Notes: generated from the letters alone by a model not told the origin. A DNA stretch of 64,000 nt from Mobula birostris (GCF_030028105.1 NC_092375.1:141139035-141203034); one strand, 5' to 3'; shown: positions 47,601 to 60,948, counted from the first letter of the stretch. Made by a program: numbers and translations.

Positions 47601-48308
47601 CTATAACTCTGTGATAGATCAGATCGTTAAATGGTGCCCCAACATTAAACTCTCATTCAGAGTTATCAAGATCAAGGAACTGAGTGTTAACTTCAGGAAG
47701 GGGAAGTCGGTAAAACACACACCAGTCCTCATTTAGGTGTTAGTGGTGGAAAAGGTGAGCAGTTTCAAGTTCCTGAGTGTCAGCATCTCAGAGGATCTAT
47801 CTTGGTGCCAATACATTGGTGCAACTACAAAGAAGGCACATCCCAGCAGCTCTACTTCATTCATACTTTGAGAAGATCTGGTATGTCACCAAAGATTCTT
47901 GTGAATTTCTACAGATGTAGAGTGACGAGCTTTCAAAATGGTTGCATTGGCACCTGGTATGAAGGCACAGGATTGAAAGAGGCTGCAGAGAGTTGTAGAC
48001 CCAGAAAGCTCCATCACAAGAACATCCCTCACACCACCAAGGACACCTTTGAGAGGCAGGTACTAAAGAAGTCAGGATCCCTCACAAAAGACCCTAACCA
48101 TCTGACACATACTGTCAACTGGTTTCTGAAATTTGGGAGGAAGTACAGGAGCCTGAAGATGTATGCATAACAGTACACTTTTGGATAATTAACCACTGAA
48201 TAAGAGAAAAAATGAATTTCCCTCCCCTCCACTTTTATTCTATTCCCCACTCTAGCCTCTTATCTCTTCTCACCTGCTGGTTATCCCACCTTCCCCCCAA
48301 CTCCAGAT

Positions 48309-48437
48309 CCCACATCTGGAGGTTCCACCAGACAAAGCATTTGCACCAGCAGTTGGCCCCACATCAGGAGGTCCCACCAGACAAAGCATTTGCACCAGCA
48401 GTTGGCCCCACATCAGGAGGTCCCACCAGACAAAGGA
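48309..48437. repeat. 49-bp tandem repeat, ~2.6 copies
   Basis: Unit cccacatcaggaggtcccaccagacaaagcatttgcaccagcagttggc. Confidence 0.9.
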
Positions 48438-48778
48438 GATACACTATCATCAAGGGACAGGTGAACATAATAACTGGATGAACTCCTGTAGGTCAGTGAC
48501 AAACAAAACAACTTCCATAAGCAATTCCGTGTATATACAATACTGTATTTATTACTTTATTTTGATCCACAATATATTCAACAATAATATACAACAAAGG
48601 ACAGAACATTTACAAATAATCAAATCTCCCATTTGCAACAAAATGTACAGTCAGGAGCTCCAGGCCCCTCAGTCTTGGACATGAGTGAGTACAGTACAAT
48701 TGTTAACATCTTGTAAATTCTGAATGAGGTCTTCTTGTGTTCACATTGAGTTCAGACTCTGTGGAGTTTCATTCATGG

Positions 48779-51700
48779 TTAGTGCTGGGCTCTCGAGTCC
48801 TCATTTTGTTCCTGGAATGGGAAGATGAATAAATTTGTAATTTTCAGCTCGATGGAGCTCACTCTGATGTCAATATTTTGTCATTAGTTTTAATAATGAT
48901 CACATCAGTCACAAAGCTTCAGTTTATACTTACATTTGAAGGTTCCTCCAGTGATAATTCCGTTGATTTGCTTTTCATCTGTTTTATGAGATAAAATCAG
49001 ATTTGCACATCAGTGATAGATCCACATCAGAAACTTCACAATCAATCTGAATTTCAGCAAAATATTAACGTAATGGGATTCTAAGATTGAGTAATACCAA
49101 GTATGCCATTATCTTGGAGAAGGTGAAAACAAGAATTATGAAGATATTACCAGTACTGGAGGGCTTGTGTTATAAGGAGAGGCTGGATAGGTGAGTTGAT
49201 TCCCTGGAGTGCAAGAAAGTATGGGAAGATAAAATTATGGGGTGAAAAGATATGGCAAATAGCCAAAGTAATTTTTTTTAGAGTAGAGGAATCTAAAATG
49301 AGAAAGCATAGGTTTAAAATGCAAGGGGAGAAATTCAAAAGTGATGTGACGGGCAACTATTTCAAACAGAGATGGTGGGTTTATGGAATGAACAGTCAGT
49401 AGAATCGGTAGAGACAGGTTGAATTGTGACATTTAAAATGCATTTGGACAGTTCCATAGATAAGAAAGATTTTTAAGAGATATGCCCTGGCTTAGTACTG
49501 GCTTGCATAACACACTTGAGGACCTTGAGGACCTGAGGAGAGCTAAGGTACCGGTGACCCCTGTTTCCATCCATGGGATCAGTGTGGACATGGTGGAGGA
49601 TTACAAATACCTGGGGATACAAATTGACAATAAACTGGACTGGTCAAGGAACACTGAGGCTGTCTACAAGAAGGGTCAGAGCCGTTTCTATTTCCTGAGG
49701 AGACTGAGGTCCTTTAACATCTGCCGGACGATGCTGAGGATGAGTCTGTGGTGGCCAGTGCGATCATGTTTGCTGTTGTGTGCTGGGGCAGCAGGCTGAG
49801 GGTAGCAGACAGCAACAGAATCAATAAACTCATTCGTAAGGCCAGTGATGCTGTGGGGATGGAACTGGACTCTCTCATGGTGGTGTCTGGAAAGAGGATG
49901 CTGTCTAAGTTGCATGCCATCTTGGACAATGTCTCCCATCCACTACATAATGTACTGGGTGGGCACAGGAGTACATTCAGCCAGAGACTCATTCCACCGA
50001 GATGCAACACAGAGCGTTACTGGAAGTCATTCCTGCCTGTGACCATCAAACTTTACAACTCCTCCCTTGGAGGGTCAGACACCCTGAGCCATTAGGCTGG
50101 TCCCGGACTTATTTCATAATTTACTGGCATAATTTACATATTACTATTTAACTATTTATGGTTTTATTACTATTTATTATTTATGGTGCAACTGTAACAA
50201 AAACCAATTTCCCCCGGGATCAATACAGTATGACTATGACTATGATTATGACACAGACAGCTGGGACACAACTTTCGTGTTCAACCCGACCAACGAAGGT
50301 CTCAGTGCTGATATCTACACCATACACTTCACCTCATAGTTATAGTCAATTAAATGTGAGAAATGTTGTGGATCCCCCATTCATGAAACTACTAGAAATA
50401 TCAATCCACAGACCATGATTGTCCTCAGGAGAGAGTGTCCTTTCAAATTCTATTTCAAAATTTAGAGAAGAACAAACTCACACTCAGGCTAATGATGGGC
50501 ATCCTCAGGACATGCACAGAGAATTTGTGCATTAATATGCTATTCTCTCCCTGATCTCTGTAGTCATTTAACTATGTTTGCCCAAAATAGGTTTTATCTG
50601 TATATTATGGTTGAAAATCAATAGATGAAATTTCCAAGATTAGACTTACATCAGAAGGCTCCTCGACTGATGTCTCTTTTGACTTGCTCTCTACCTGCAT
50701 GAAAAGATCAATATTTATATGCTCAGCATGTTAATTAATGAAAGTTTGTGAAGTAACCTGAGAACGAAACTAGAAATATCTTGATTATTAATTTATTACT
50801 GCAGTGGAGAAGTCCTCGCCAGAAGAATTACATTCTGTATAATGATCAACATAGCCGGGAAAATGTGAGGTGTGGAGTGTCTGGAGATGAATTGGGGAAA
50901 ATGTCACTCTCACCCAATTAATTGGCATTGCATGTATTGAAGCTGCTCTGCACCATCACTTGGACTCTGTAATTGGTGAGTATTAGAGACTTTGCCTTCA
51001 CGCCTAGCACCCAATCCAGCTCGCTTTATCCTTGAGGGGAAGCAAACTCATTCTCTATATTGGAACCCCTCAGTCAAACTTCCCAACAGGAGTCAAACAA
51101 CATATTCCCTTTCTCAATGCACTGACCTAATGTTAGTGGAGCAGATTCAATGGGCAAAATGGCATAATTCTTCTCCTTTGTCTTGTATCTTATGGTCTAA
51201 ATTGCCCTCTCTCCTATTCTGACAAAGCCGAATTGAATATGTTCAACGTATTTACTTAGCGACGAGGTCAAAAAGATCATCTGAATTTTTTTAGTTATAC
51301 TCACATCAGCTGAGTCTTCAAGAGATGTCTCTTTTGATTTGTCCTTTTCCTGTATGGAAGTAATATTTATATGTTTAGTACAAGACAGTGAAGAATTTTG
51401 ATGATATATAAACTGAAAAATCACAGTTTGCACAATTATTAAATATTGAAATATAATGTAGACTTCGTTCACTCTGGGCATTTCAGCAGCAAATGCAGCA
51501 GGCCATTAGGAAAGCAGATTATTTTTATAGCAAGAGGACTTGAAAAGAAGAGTACTACAATTGTATCGAGCCCGGTGAGGGTTGTGTAATTCTGGTTGCT
51601 TATCTGAAGAAGGATATGCTTGAGACAGAGGATATAACAAAGTTATACTAGTATAGTGCCCATGAATGTGGATCTGTCACATGAGGAAAGATTAAGTATG

Positions 51701-54700
51701 ATAGACTATTCATTACAGATAGGAAGAATGAGATGTGATTGCCTAACCATAAGCAAAATTGTGAGAGGGTTTGATTGGATATCGGGGAAGGGTTTTCACC
51801 TGTCTAAGGAGATGAGAGCTTGACTCATAGTATCAATATAAGAGCTTGGTCAATGAGGAATGAGGTGAAACTCAGATGGTGAATCTTTGGAATTCACTAC
51901 CCCCAGAGAGCTGTGGAGGCTCAATTGCAAGTTCATTCAAAACAGAGATTGGTGGATTGTAGGATATTAAGGGAATCAAGGCTTACAGTTTTATTATAGG
52001 AAAATGGTTTGAAGTGGGCGCTAGCTAATATTCAATATTCTCTCTCAACCCCGCTGTCTGGAACAGGGCAAGAATTAATTAAGATCCCTAGACTCTATTC
52101 TGACAGATCAATCTAGGTTTCACATCTTATTGAGAAACTGAAGATATCAACTCCCAAATTAGACTTACATTTGAAAATAATTCCAGTGAAGTTTCTTCTG
52201 ATTTGCTTTTGCCTATATAAAATATGTACATTTATAGCATTAGTACGAGGTATATTTAGTAAATCTAAAGCACTATCACCGAATAATAGACCAGAATGCT
52301 GAATTATGAATGGAGCTATTAATCCTGACATTTCTGAATGATAATCCCATGAACTAGCGTTAGATTGCAGAAGCTTCAATAAAAATTCTCTCTATACTAC
52401 ACTGATACTCAAAAAAAATGTCAGGAGCAGATTGAATGGATATTCTGACAATAGGTGAAACAGGCATCGTTACCATTTGTTTTATTGAATCCATGGAAGG
52501 ATTGGTACTTAATGACTCTCAGTGGTGAGAGTTTGTCATACACTTCTCTTGTAGTTCTCTTCTGCCGATGCTCAGTTCATCTTCAACAGAGAACAAACTC
52601 CTCATGCACTGAAACCTAATATTATGATCCCCTCCCTACACATCAGACTAGGACAAGACCACAGACCACAACATCATAATACATAGGAGCAGTATTAGGC
52701 CATCTAGCCTATCGAGTTTGCTCCGCCATTCAATCATGGCTGATTTTTTTTTCTATCTCCTTCTCAACCCCAGTTCCCAGCCTTCTCCACGTACCCTTTG
52801 GTGCCACATCCAATCAATAACCTATCAATCTCTGCCTTAAATACACCCAACGACCTGGCCTCCACAACTGCATGTGGCAACAAATTCCACAATTTCACCA
52901 CACTTTGGCTAAAGAAATTTTTCCGCATCTGCTTTGAAAGGGCGCCCCTCTATCTTGAGGCTGTGCACTCTTGTCCTAGACTCTCCCACCATGGGAACCA
53001 TCCTTTCCACATCTTCTCTGTCTAAGCTTTTCAACATTCGAAAGGTTTCAATGTGATCCTCCTTCATCCTTCTGAATTCCAGCGACTGCATGTATAACCC
53101 CTTCATTCCTGGAATCATCCTTGTGAACCTCCTCTGGACCCTCTCCAATGCCAGCACATCTTTTTTAAGATGAGGGGCCCAAAACCTTTCACAATCATCA
53201 AGGTGAGGCCTCACCAGTGCCTAATAAAGCCTCAGCATCAAAACCTTGCTCTTTTATTCTAGACCTCTTGAAATGAATGCTAACATGGCATTTGCCTTCC
53301 TCACCACCAACTCAACCTGCAAATTAATCTTAAGAGTGGACTCCCAAGGACTCCCAAGTCCCTCTGCATCTCAGATTCCTGGATTTTCTCCTCATTTAGA
53401 AAATAACCCACACATTTATTTCTACTACCAAAGTGCATGACCATGCATTTTCCAACATTGTATTTCATTTGCCACTTTCTTGCCCATTCTCCTAATCTGT
53501 CTAAGTCCTTCTGCTTCCTACCTGTTTCCTCAACATTACCTGCCCCTCCACTAATCTTTCTATCATCTGCAAACTTGTCAACAAAGCCATCTATTTCATC
53601 ATCTAAATCATTTATATACAGCATAAAAAGAAATAGTCCCAACACCGACCTCTGCGGAACACCACTAGTCACTGGCAGCCAACCAGAAAAGGACCCTTTT
53701 ATTCCCACTTGCAGCCTCCTTCCAATCAGCCAATGCTCTAACCATGTTAGTAACTTTCCTCTAGTACCATGGACTCTTAATTTGGTAAGCAGCCTCATGT
53801 GTGGCACCTTGTCAACGACCTTCTGAAAGTCCGAATGCACAAAATTCCCTTTATCTATCCTACTTGTAACCTCTTCAAAGAATTCTAACAGGTTCACCAG
53901 GCAGGATTTTCCATGAAGGAAACCATGCTGACTTTGTATTATCTTGTCCTGTGTCACCAAGTACTCCATCACCTCGTCCTTAATAACTAACTCTAACATC
54001 TTCCCAACCACTGAGGTCAATCTAACTGGTCTATAATTTCCTTTCTGCTGCTTTCCTCCTTTCTTAAAGAGTGGAATAACATTTGCAATTTTCCAGTCCT
54101 CTGGCACCATGCCAGAGTCCAATAATTTTTGAAAGATCATTTCTAATGCCACCACAATCTCTAACGCAACCTCTTTCAGAACCCTAGGGTGCAGTTCATC
54201 TGGTCCAGGTGACTTATGTACCTTTAGGTTTTCCAACTTTTTGAGCACCTTCTCTCTTGTAACAGTAACTGCACCCACTTCTCTCCCTTCACACACTACA
54301 ACATCAGGCATACTGCTAGTGTCTTCCACAGTAAAGACTGACGCAAAATACTCATTCAATTCAGCAGCCATCTCCTTGTCCCCCGTTATTATTTCTCTTG
54401 CCTCATTTTCTAGCAATCCTGTATCCATTCTTATTTCTCCTTTATTTTTAACTTGAAAAATCTTTTACTATCCACTTTGATATTACTTGCTAGCTTGCTT
54501 TCATATTTCATCTTTTCCCTTCTAATGATTTTTATAGTTGCTTTCTGTAAGTTTTTAAAAACTTCCCAATCCTCTATCTTCTGACTAATTTTTGCTTTGT
54601 TGTATGCCCTTTCATTTGCTTTTATAATAGCTTTGACTTCCCACGTCAGCTACGGTTGTACTATTTTACTATGTGTGTATTTCTTCATTTTTGGAATATA

Positions 54701-57114
54701 CATGTCCTGCACCTTTCTCATTTTTCCCAGAAACGCACACCATTGTGATTCTACTGACATCTCTGCCAGCGGCTCCTTCCAGTTTACTTTTGCCATCTTC
54801 TCTCTCATACCACTGTAATTTCCCTTACTCCACTGAAATACTGCTACATCACACTTCACTTTCTCATTACCAAATTTCAAGTTGAACACAATCATATTGT
54901 GATCACTGGTTCCTAAGGGTTCTTTTACATTAACCTCCCTACTCGCCTCCAGTTCATTACATAACACCCAATCCAGTATAGCTGATCCCCTAGGAGGCTC
55001 AACAACAAACTGCTCTAAAAAGCTATCTCTTAGGCATTCAACAGACTCACTCCCCTGAGATCCATTACTAACCTGATTTTCCCAATCAACCTGTATGTTA
55101 AAATCTCCCATGACTACCATAACATGCTGTCTCACCCACTATTTCTAATGGAGAACTTAAAATTTCATTGCGAAGAATTTTAATCATTTCATCGTGAACA
55201 ATTGAGTTCAACAAGAAAAAAATCTGATAAATTACTGATTAATACTCACATCTGAGGTTCCTTCAAGTGATGTTTCTTTTGATTTGGGTTGCGCCTGTAA
55301 GATAAAGATATTTATTTTTAGATCTTCAGCATACATAAACAACGAAATGTTCAGTAAAGGATCTTCTGTTAGAAATTCCATTGCCCTGAACTGTATGAAT
55401 GCAGTTACCTCAATACTGTTTTCATTTGTTTCTGTTGAGTCACTCTCGCTGTCAGCTGTCGTCAGACCGTCACACTCCACTTCAACATCAGCTACCTTAT
55501 CAGCAAAAAATTCCACATGGCTTTTGCAAAACCCTTTCTCCTGTTAGAATGAAACATAATGTAAGGAAATTATTCATGATTCCAAGCAAGACAATAAATC
55601 AACATGATTATGATCTAACTCAATTCTTAGCCTTTCCTTTATTATAACTACATATGTATGTATGGTCATTTCTATGAAATGGGTTGTAATTAAAGCCTGT
55701 ATTTTGATGTTAAAACATACAAGGACTTGCATGATCTAATATAACTCTGGACTCACCGCAATGTTTTTATGGCGGAAGGAGCAGCTGGGATCATCAAATT
55801 CCTGTCCAGAATTCTTGGAGCAGACAGTTTCTTTCACGGAAAACGTTAAATCCATGCTGTAGGACAGTTTACCCGTACGATATGTCTTAAGAAAGGAAAA
55901 GAGATCATTGGTGAATTTTTACGTCTGGTATTCTTCCACGGGTCTGAGAAAACGCAGAGTTACAGGGGCTCTACTTCCAGCCGATGGTTTCACTGGTCAT
56001 GTCTGAGTTTTTTTTTGTATGTCATATCCGGAGTTTCTCCGGTTAGCAGACAATTTCCATCCACGTCTCTGACGTAGCGGGGAACCGCGTACGAGGCAAG
56101 TTACAGCAATGGTTTGCCATTGCCTTCTGCCAGGTGAGTTTCCAAAGAGATCACCAGCTCCTAACCCAGCGCGGATAGAAAGCGTACAGGGGAGCCGGCT
56201 GGAGCTGGATTCGAACTCAGAACCTTCCGTCCTGAAGTCCGATGCTGATGCCACTACGCCACCAGCCAGGTCATGCCTGAGTAATCAACCAAAATGGATA
56301 AGAGAATTACTTTGCCCAATGGTAAAACTGTCACTTAAACCATCATGATAGGGATATTCAATTTGCATGAATTCGTAATTATTGAAGGAAATTAACTGAC
56401 AAATTTGAGAAAATTTTCAGTGACTTGCAAATCAAAGACTGGTAGAACATCCAACCTTAATTCTGAAACTCTGGTCCAATCAAATTTCCACAACTCAAAC
56501 ACTGATAAAATGTATCTCACAATTAGTTTTATGCAGTTTGTGGCCAGTCAGCCCTTTAGACTTATACTGGCTCCCAGCTGACCAATCCCATCAATCCCAC
56601 TCTCGCTCTCATCAAATCCCCATAATGTTGCAATTTATTCTCCTTATCACAGAACATTATCTCTCCTTCCAGCATCTGCAGAATTCCTCGTGTTTACTCT
56701 CCTTTGATTTGTTTTTTGATGTTAAACTATTCTTAGGGTAGGTTTAAGTAGACAATTACCCTGCACTCAGACATATCCATAGTTTGTGAAGCACAATTAG
56801 CCAAAGGCACACTTACATTTGTCACGCCTCTCCTGGTGATACCACAGAGGTTGGTGATCTCGGTGATTTCATTCAGCTTTATTACTGAAGCTCTCAGAGC
56901 TTCCTTGGTGCTTGGCACTCCTGCAGAGAGAGAGGGGAAGTCATACAAGGCATCCCAAAAAATCTCTGTGAATTCTTCTCACACCTGGGTGAAATGTTGT
57001 TGATTGAACTTCAGTACAAACAATTATCTGCTCTCTGATTTTCCTTTCTCCCCAATACTTACCTGAGCAGTAGAGGATCTGCACAGCAGTGATGGCAAGC
57101 AAGAAAGTTTTCAT
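48779..57114 (-). CDS. SPP2: SPP2-like copy 3; exon 6 is 44 nt in this assembly (frameshift if included)
   Basis: Exons: 57114-57063 MKTFLLAITAVQILYCS/G; 56920-56817; 55885-55757; 55540-55409; 55294-55250 AQPKSKETSLEGTSD; 52212-52169 (44 nt, xKSKSEETSLELFSN in the ancestral frame); 51349-51305 EKDKSKETSLEDSAD; 50694-50650 VESKSKETSVEEPSD; 48978-48934 MKSKSTELSLEEPSN; 48811-48779 EQNEDSRAQH*. Confidence 0.85.
49525..50250 (+). mobile_element. Rex1/Babar LINE 3' fragment in intron 8 of copy 3
   Basis: YKYLGIQIDNKLDWSRNTEAVYKKGQSRFYFLRRLRSFNIC; VVCWGS..RINKLIRKA; SHPLH; (CTATGA)n tail. Confidence 0.9.
52519..52608 (-). CDS. Candidate alternative terminal exon of copy 3 (CMRSLFSVEDELSIGRRELQEKCMTNSHH*)
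   Basis: tttcag acceptor, phase 0, AATAAA at 52481-52486. Confidence 0.65.
   Translation of the reverse strand, partial: CMRSLFSVEDELSIGRRELQEKCMTNSHH
52657..55122 (-). mobile_element. Long CR1 ORF2 fragment in intron 5 of copy 3
   Basis: VMGDFN..SDHNMI; 375-aa RT ORF at 53301-54428 (KSPGPDELHPRVLKE, NYRPV, QHGF, GVPQ, FADD). Confidence 0.95.
56009..56268 (-). mobile_element. tRNA-derived SINE with RTE-type 3' part
   Basis: A box TGGCGTAGTGG, B box GAGTTCGAATCC, GAAGGCAATGGCAAACCA motif, poly(A), 14-bp TSD ggtcatg(t/c)ctgagt. Confidence 0.88.
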
Positions 57115-58993
57115 TCTGGTTCAGCTAGTTAATTAGCTAGTTTTTCCACAGTGAAGAACAGCTTCTCTCTCTCTCTCAACCTGCCTTCACCAGGCTGTAT
57201 TCAATCTTTATATCCTGCACCCCCACCACATTCAAACACTGACCTGTGTTTGCTCAGCTTGCTGACCGTGGGCACCAGAACCAGATGAAATGTGGGCTCT
57301 AATTATGGGCAGAGCTTCCTCCTAGTACCATCATCATGTTTAGATTTGGTGCAAAATTGAGTGAGATCATGTTTTATTCCTTGGAATATGAAATAATAAA
57401 TTTACAGAGGAGAAGACACAATCATCTCAAACTTGTACAAAATCCCTGTGCATTTAAACTAAATTCCGTGATGATTTACCTCCAGTGGTCCAAAAACGTG
57501 CTGGAATTACCAGCACACTGCTGCAAGAATATCTGGGTGATAAATCCAAAGTATTTTGAGAGAAATCTTGTATTTTTTCATGTTCTATCAAAATTCCTAT
57601 TTACAGTGATATTGATGACGTTACTGGAGGTAAAGGAGTTTTGAGGGCAGTTGGGAGAGTATGTGTCATGACTGCTTCAGGAATATCTCTCATCAGAGTT
57701 AGCACCTTCAACTTGATTGTGAAATATTTGACTTTGAAACGTCAAATTTGAAGGCAAATTTGGTGTTAATGGCAGGAATCTTAACAGTGTTGGAGGAACA
57801 GAGGAAACCTGGTGCCATGTCTATAGATTTCCTCTAAGATGCCATGAAAGTTCATCAGTTTGTTAGGAAGGCAGTTAGTGTCTTGGGGAATTGAGTTCAA
57901 GAGTCAAGAGGTAAATTTGCAGCGATGTAAGTCCCTGATCAGACTACCCTTCAAATATTGATTTCAGTACTGGTTGATTCAATCTGGATTCAAATAGATT
58001 TAAGTTAATTTGGCACATGTACATCGAAATATACAATGAGATACGTCCTACATGAAGAACCAACACACCTGAGGCTCTGCTTGGGGCAGCCCACAAGTGT
58101 CGCCACACACTCCAGCGTCAGCTTAGCAGGCCCTCAGTACTCAGCAGATCAATACAGAACACAACAAGCAAAACCAGCAACAGCAAAAACAAGCCCTGTT
58201 CCTCTTTTCTGTATGGATTGAAGGAGGATCAGACATGAAGTGATAGAGATGTAGAAGATAAGAGGTATTGATCGAGTGGGCAGCCGGAAACATTTTTTCC
58301 CAGGATGGAAATGCCAAAAATGAGTGGACATAAATTTAAGGTGATAAATGTATAAGAATGAAAAAGGTGGATGTCAGAAGTAAGTTTTTTTATAAAGAAA
58401 GTGATGGATCCATGGAAGACCCTGCCAGGGGTTGTGGTAGAGGCTGTTACATCAGGGATATTTAAGCGACACTTATAAAAGCATATTAAAAAATAAAGGA
58501 TAGAAAATAAAGAGAGGGTTAAATTGATCTTACAGTATATTAGATGGTCAACACAGGGCCAAAGGGCCTGTACTGTGCTCTAATGTACTACGTTCTAATT
58601 TTGAGACTGTGGATGATAGAAATCTGGACTACGAGAAATGGATAGACAAGATTTCAGTTTAAGTCTCTTCATCTGGGCTGGAAATAAAGAGAGGAGGTAG
58701 TTAGTATAAAAAAGAGAGGAAGGCAGAGCAAGTGTTGACAGGCTACCACACTGCAGCCTGGTTTCATCATTATTAGAATTATTTATTTTCCTTTATTGCT
58801 TTTATACCTTTACTTTAAAGTGTATAGATCTTTAAACTGGCAATACAATGAATGTTCCATTTGCTCCACATGAAGGAATGTCTCCAACCCCCCAACTTTT
58901 CACAAGATGAAAACAAAAATTCCCATACATGCTGGAAATATGAAATAAAAACAGAAAACATGAAAGGAGGTCAGTGGATTGGGCAGCATCTGC

Positions 58994-59025
<32 letters not shown>

Positions 59026-59075
59026 AGAGAGAGAGGAGACAGACAGAGAGAGAGGGGGAGAAAGAGAGACAGAGA
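58994..59075. repeat. (AG)n-rich microsatellite
   Basis: Visible directly in the sequence. Confidence 0.9.
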
Positions 59076-60644
59076 GTTGCTGTTGCTGTCCTATAAGACC
59101 ATAAGGCATAGGAGCAAAATTAGGCCATTTGGTATCTCAAGTCTGCTCCGTATTCCATCATGGCTGATTCATTATCCTTCTCAAATGCATTCTCCTGCCT
59201 TCACTCAGTAACCTTTGACACACTTTCAAATCAAGAACCAATCAATCTTCACTTTAAATATACCCAATACTTGGCCACCTTAGTTGTCTGTAGCAATGAA
59301 TTCCACAGATTCACCATCTTCTGCCTGAAGAAATCCTCCTCTTTAAGGGACGTCTCTTCTTGGAACTGTTCTTATTAACTGGTTACTGAAATGTCAACTG
59401 TTTCTCTACAGTTGCTCCATAACACTGCCTGGCCTGGTAAGTATTTCCAACATTGTCCGATTTCACTTCACTCTCACTCTCTTTGTGACAGGTTTAAATC
59501 AATGGACCACACAACCTGCTCTTCATTCTTAGGAACTGATAACCTCCTTTGACTGCAACAAATTTCTGAATTGTTCTGTTAACTTCCTATTAAATTAATC
59601 CTTTTCTGCTCCAATGAGAATCTTAAATTTCCTAACTGCATTTTCTTATCATTCCTAACATGCCGGAAATTCCATTCTATCCACTTCTTATAGTTTCAAT
59701 GTCCTTTCTCCCGCTCTGGCAGTTTGATTTCTTGATACCAGCAGAGCTCAACATAAGATGTTGCAGGAGCCAGTGACAGGTGACCAATTCAACAGGTTTA
59801 TTGCTGTTAAGATCATTTCCTGGTATCACCAATCCAGTGCTTACTAGGTCACCAACCGGAAGGCAGCGTCAAGGATGGGGTCTGAGAGAAGAACACAGAC
59901 CTGAAGCAACATCATCTGCAAAGTTCTGACATAAGAACATTCAATAACATTCAACTCTGTTTTGGCTTGTGGTGTGCTGCACATCGCTTAGCCCTGCCGC
60001 AATTTTCTAGGCATCATTCCAGGAATGAGAACCTTAACTCTTTCATTTTCAATGGGTTAAACTTGGAGCAAACATGTCAGTGTTTGGTCAATCTGATCTG
60101 TAAACAGAATGGTGATTTCACACAATTGAGTGTTTCTGAGTAGTACTGACCATTAAGGTGATCCACTGTGATGTATGTGGGAGTACCAGTTCACTAATGC
60201 AGGGGCAGTGTGCACACGTTGGCCACGTCCAACACGGTTTTGTGGGAAGCTCATGAACTGATGGTCTCTTTATCCACCAGCCAAGTTTGTGTGGGATAAA
60301 TTCCCCATTTCACTCCCAAGAATCCAGTTTGCTGATAAATAAATTAACAAATGTGCTGATAAACGGCAATCAAGGGTTATGAGTAAGTGATATCAGAATG
60401 TGTCTTTCTGTTCATGTCACCTTGTGTCAACAATAGCAATAGTGCAGTAAATGCCTAATGTGTTGATGGTCCTGTGTTCACTTTACCTCAGAGTTTGAAT
60501 CACATGTCTGTGGGACAGTTTTGACCGTAGTCATGCATTGATCCACAACGTGTGGAGTAGTTCATCAAACCACTGCTTGGGCATTTTTGGGGTTAGGACA
60601 AATATGGAAAAAACATTAACTATTAACTTCAGCAACTCACTGTG

Positions 60645-60948
60645 TTGGCGCATGGCCAAGTGGTTAAGGTGTTCGCCTAGTGATCTGAAGGTCACTAGTT
60701 CGAGCCTTGGCTGAGGCAGCATGTTGTGTTCTTGAGCAAGACACTTAACTACATATTGCTCTGCAACGACACCGGTGCCAAGCTGTATGGGTCATAATGT
60801 CCTTCCCTTGGACAACATCGGTGGTGTGGAGAGGGGAGACTTGCAGCATGGGCAACTGTCGGTCTTCCATACAACCTTGCCCAGGCCTGCGCACTGGAAA
60901 CCTTCCAAGGCGCAAATTCATGGTCTCACGAGACTAACGGATGCCTAT
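60645..60948 (+). mobile_element. tRNA-derived SINE (second family)
   Basis: A box TGGCCAAGTGG, B box AGTTCGAGCC, CORE-like cttgagcaagacacttaac, short TSD actgt. Empty site in unit 2 (~41515). Confidence 0.8.

Noticed and set aside
48309-48437. CRISPR-like repeat-spacer array
   Set aside because: The would-be spacers are identical, the context is eukaryotic and there are no cas genes; it is a simple tandem repeat.
56200-56268. tRNA genes (also 60645-60715)
   Set aside because: A and B boxes are present but run into SINE bodies with tails and TSDs, and no clean cloverleaf is evident.
33427-57114. Copies 2 and 3 as uncollapsed haplotypes
   Set aside because: Introns are substantially diverged and each copy has several private TE insertions, far beyond allelic difference.
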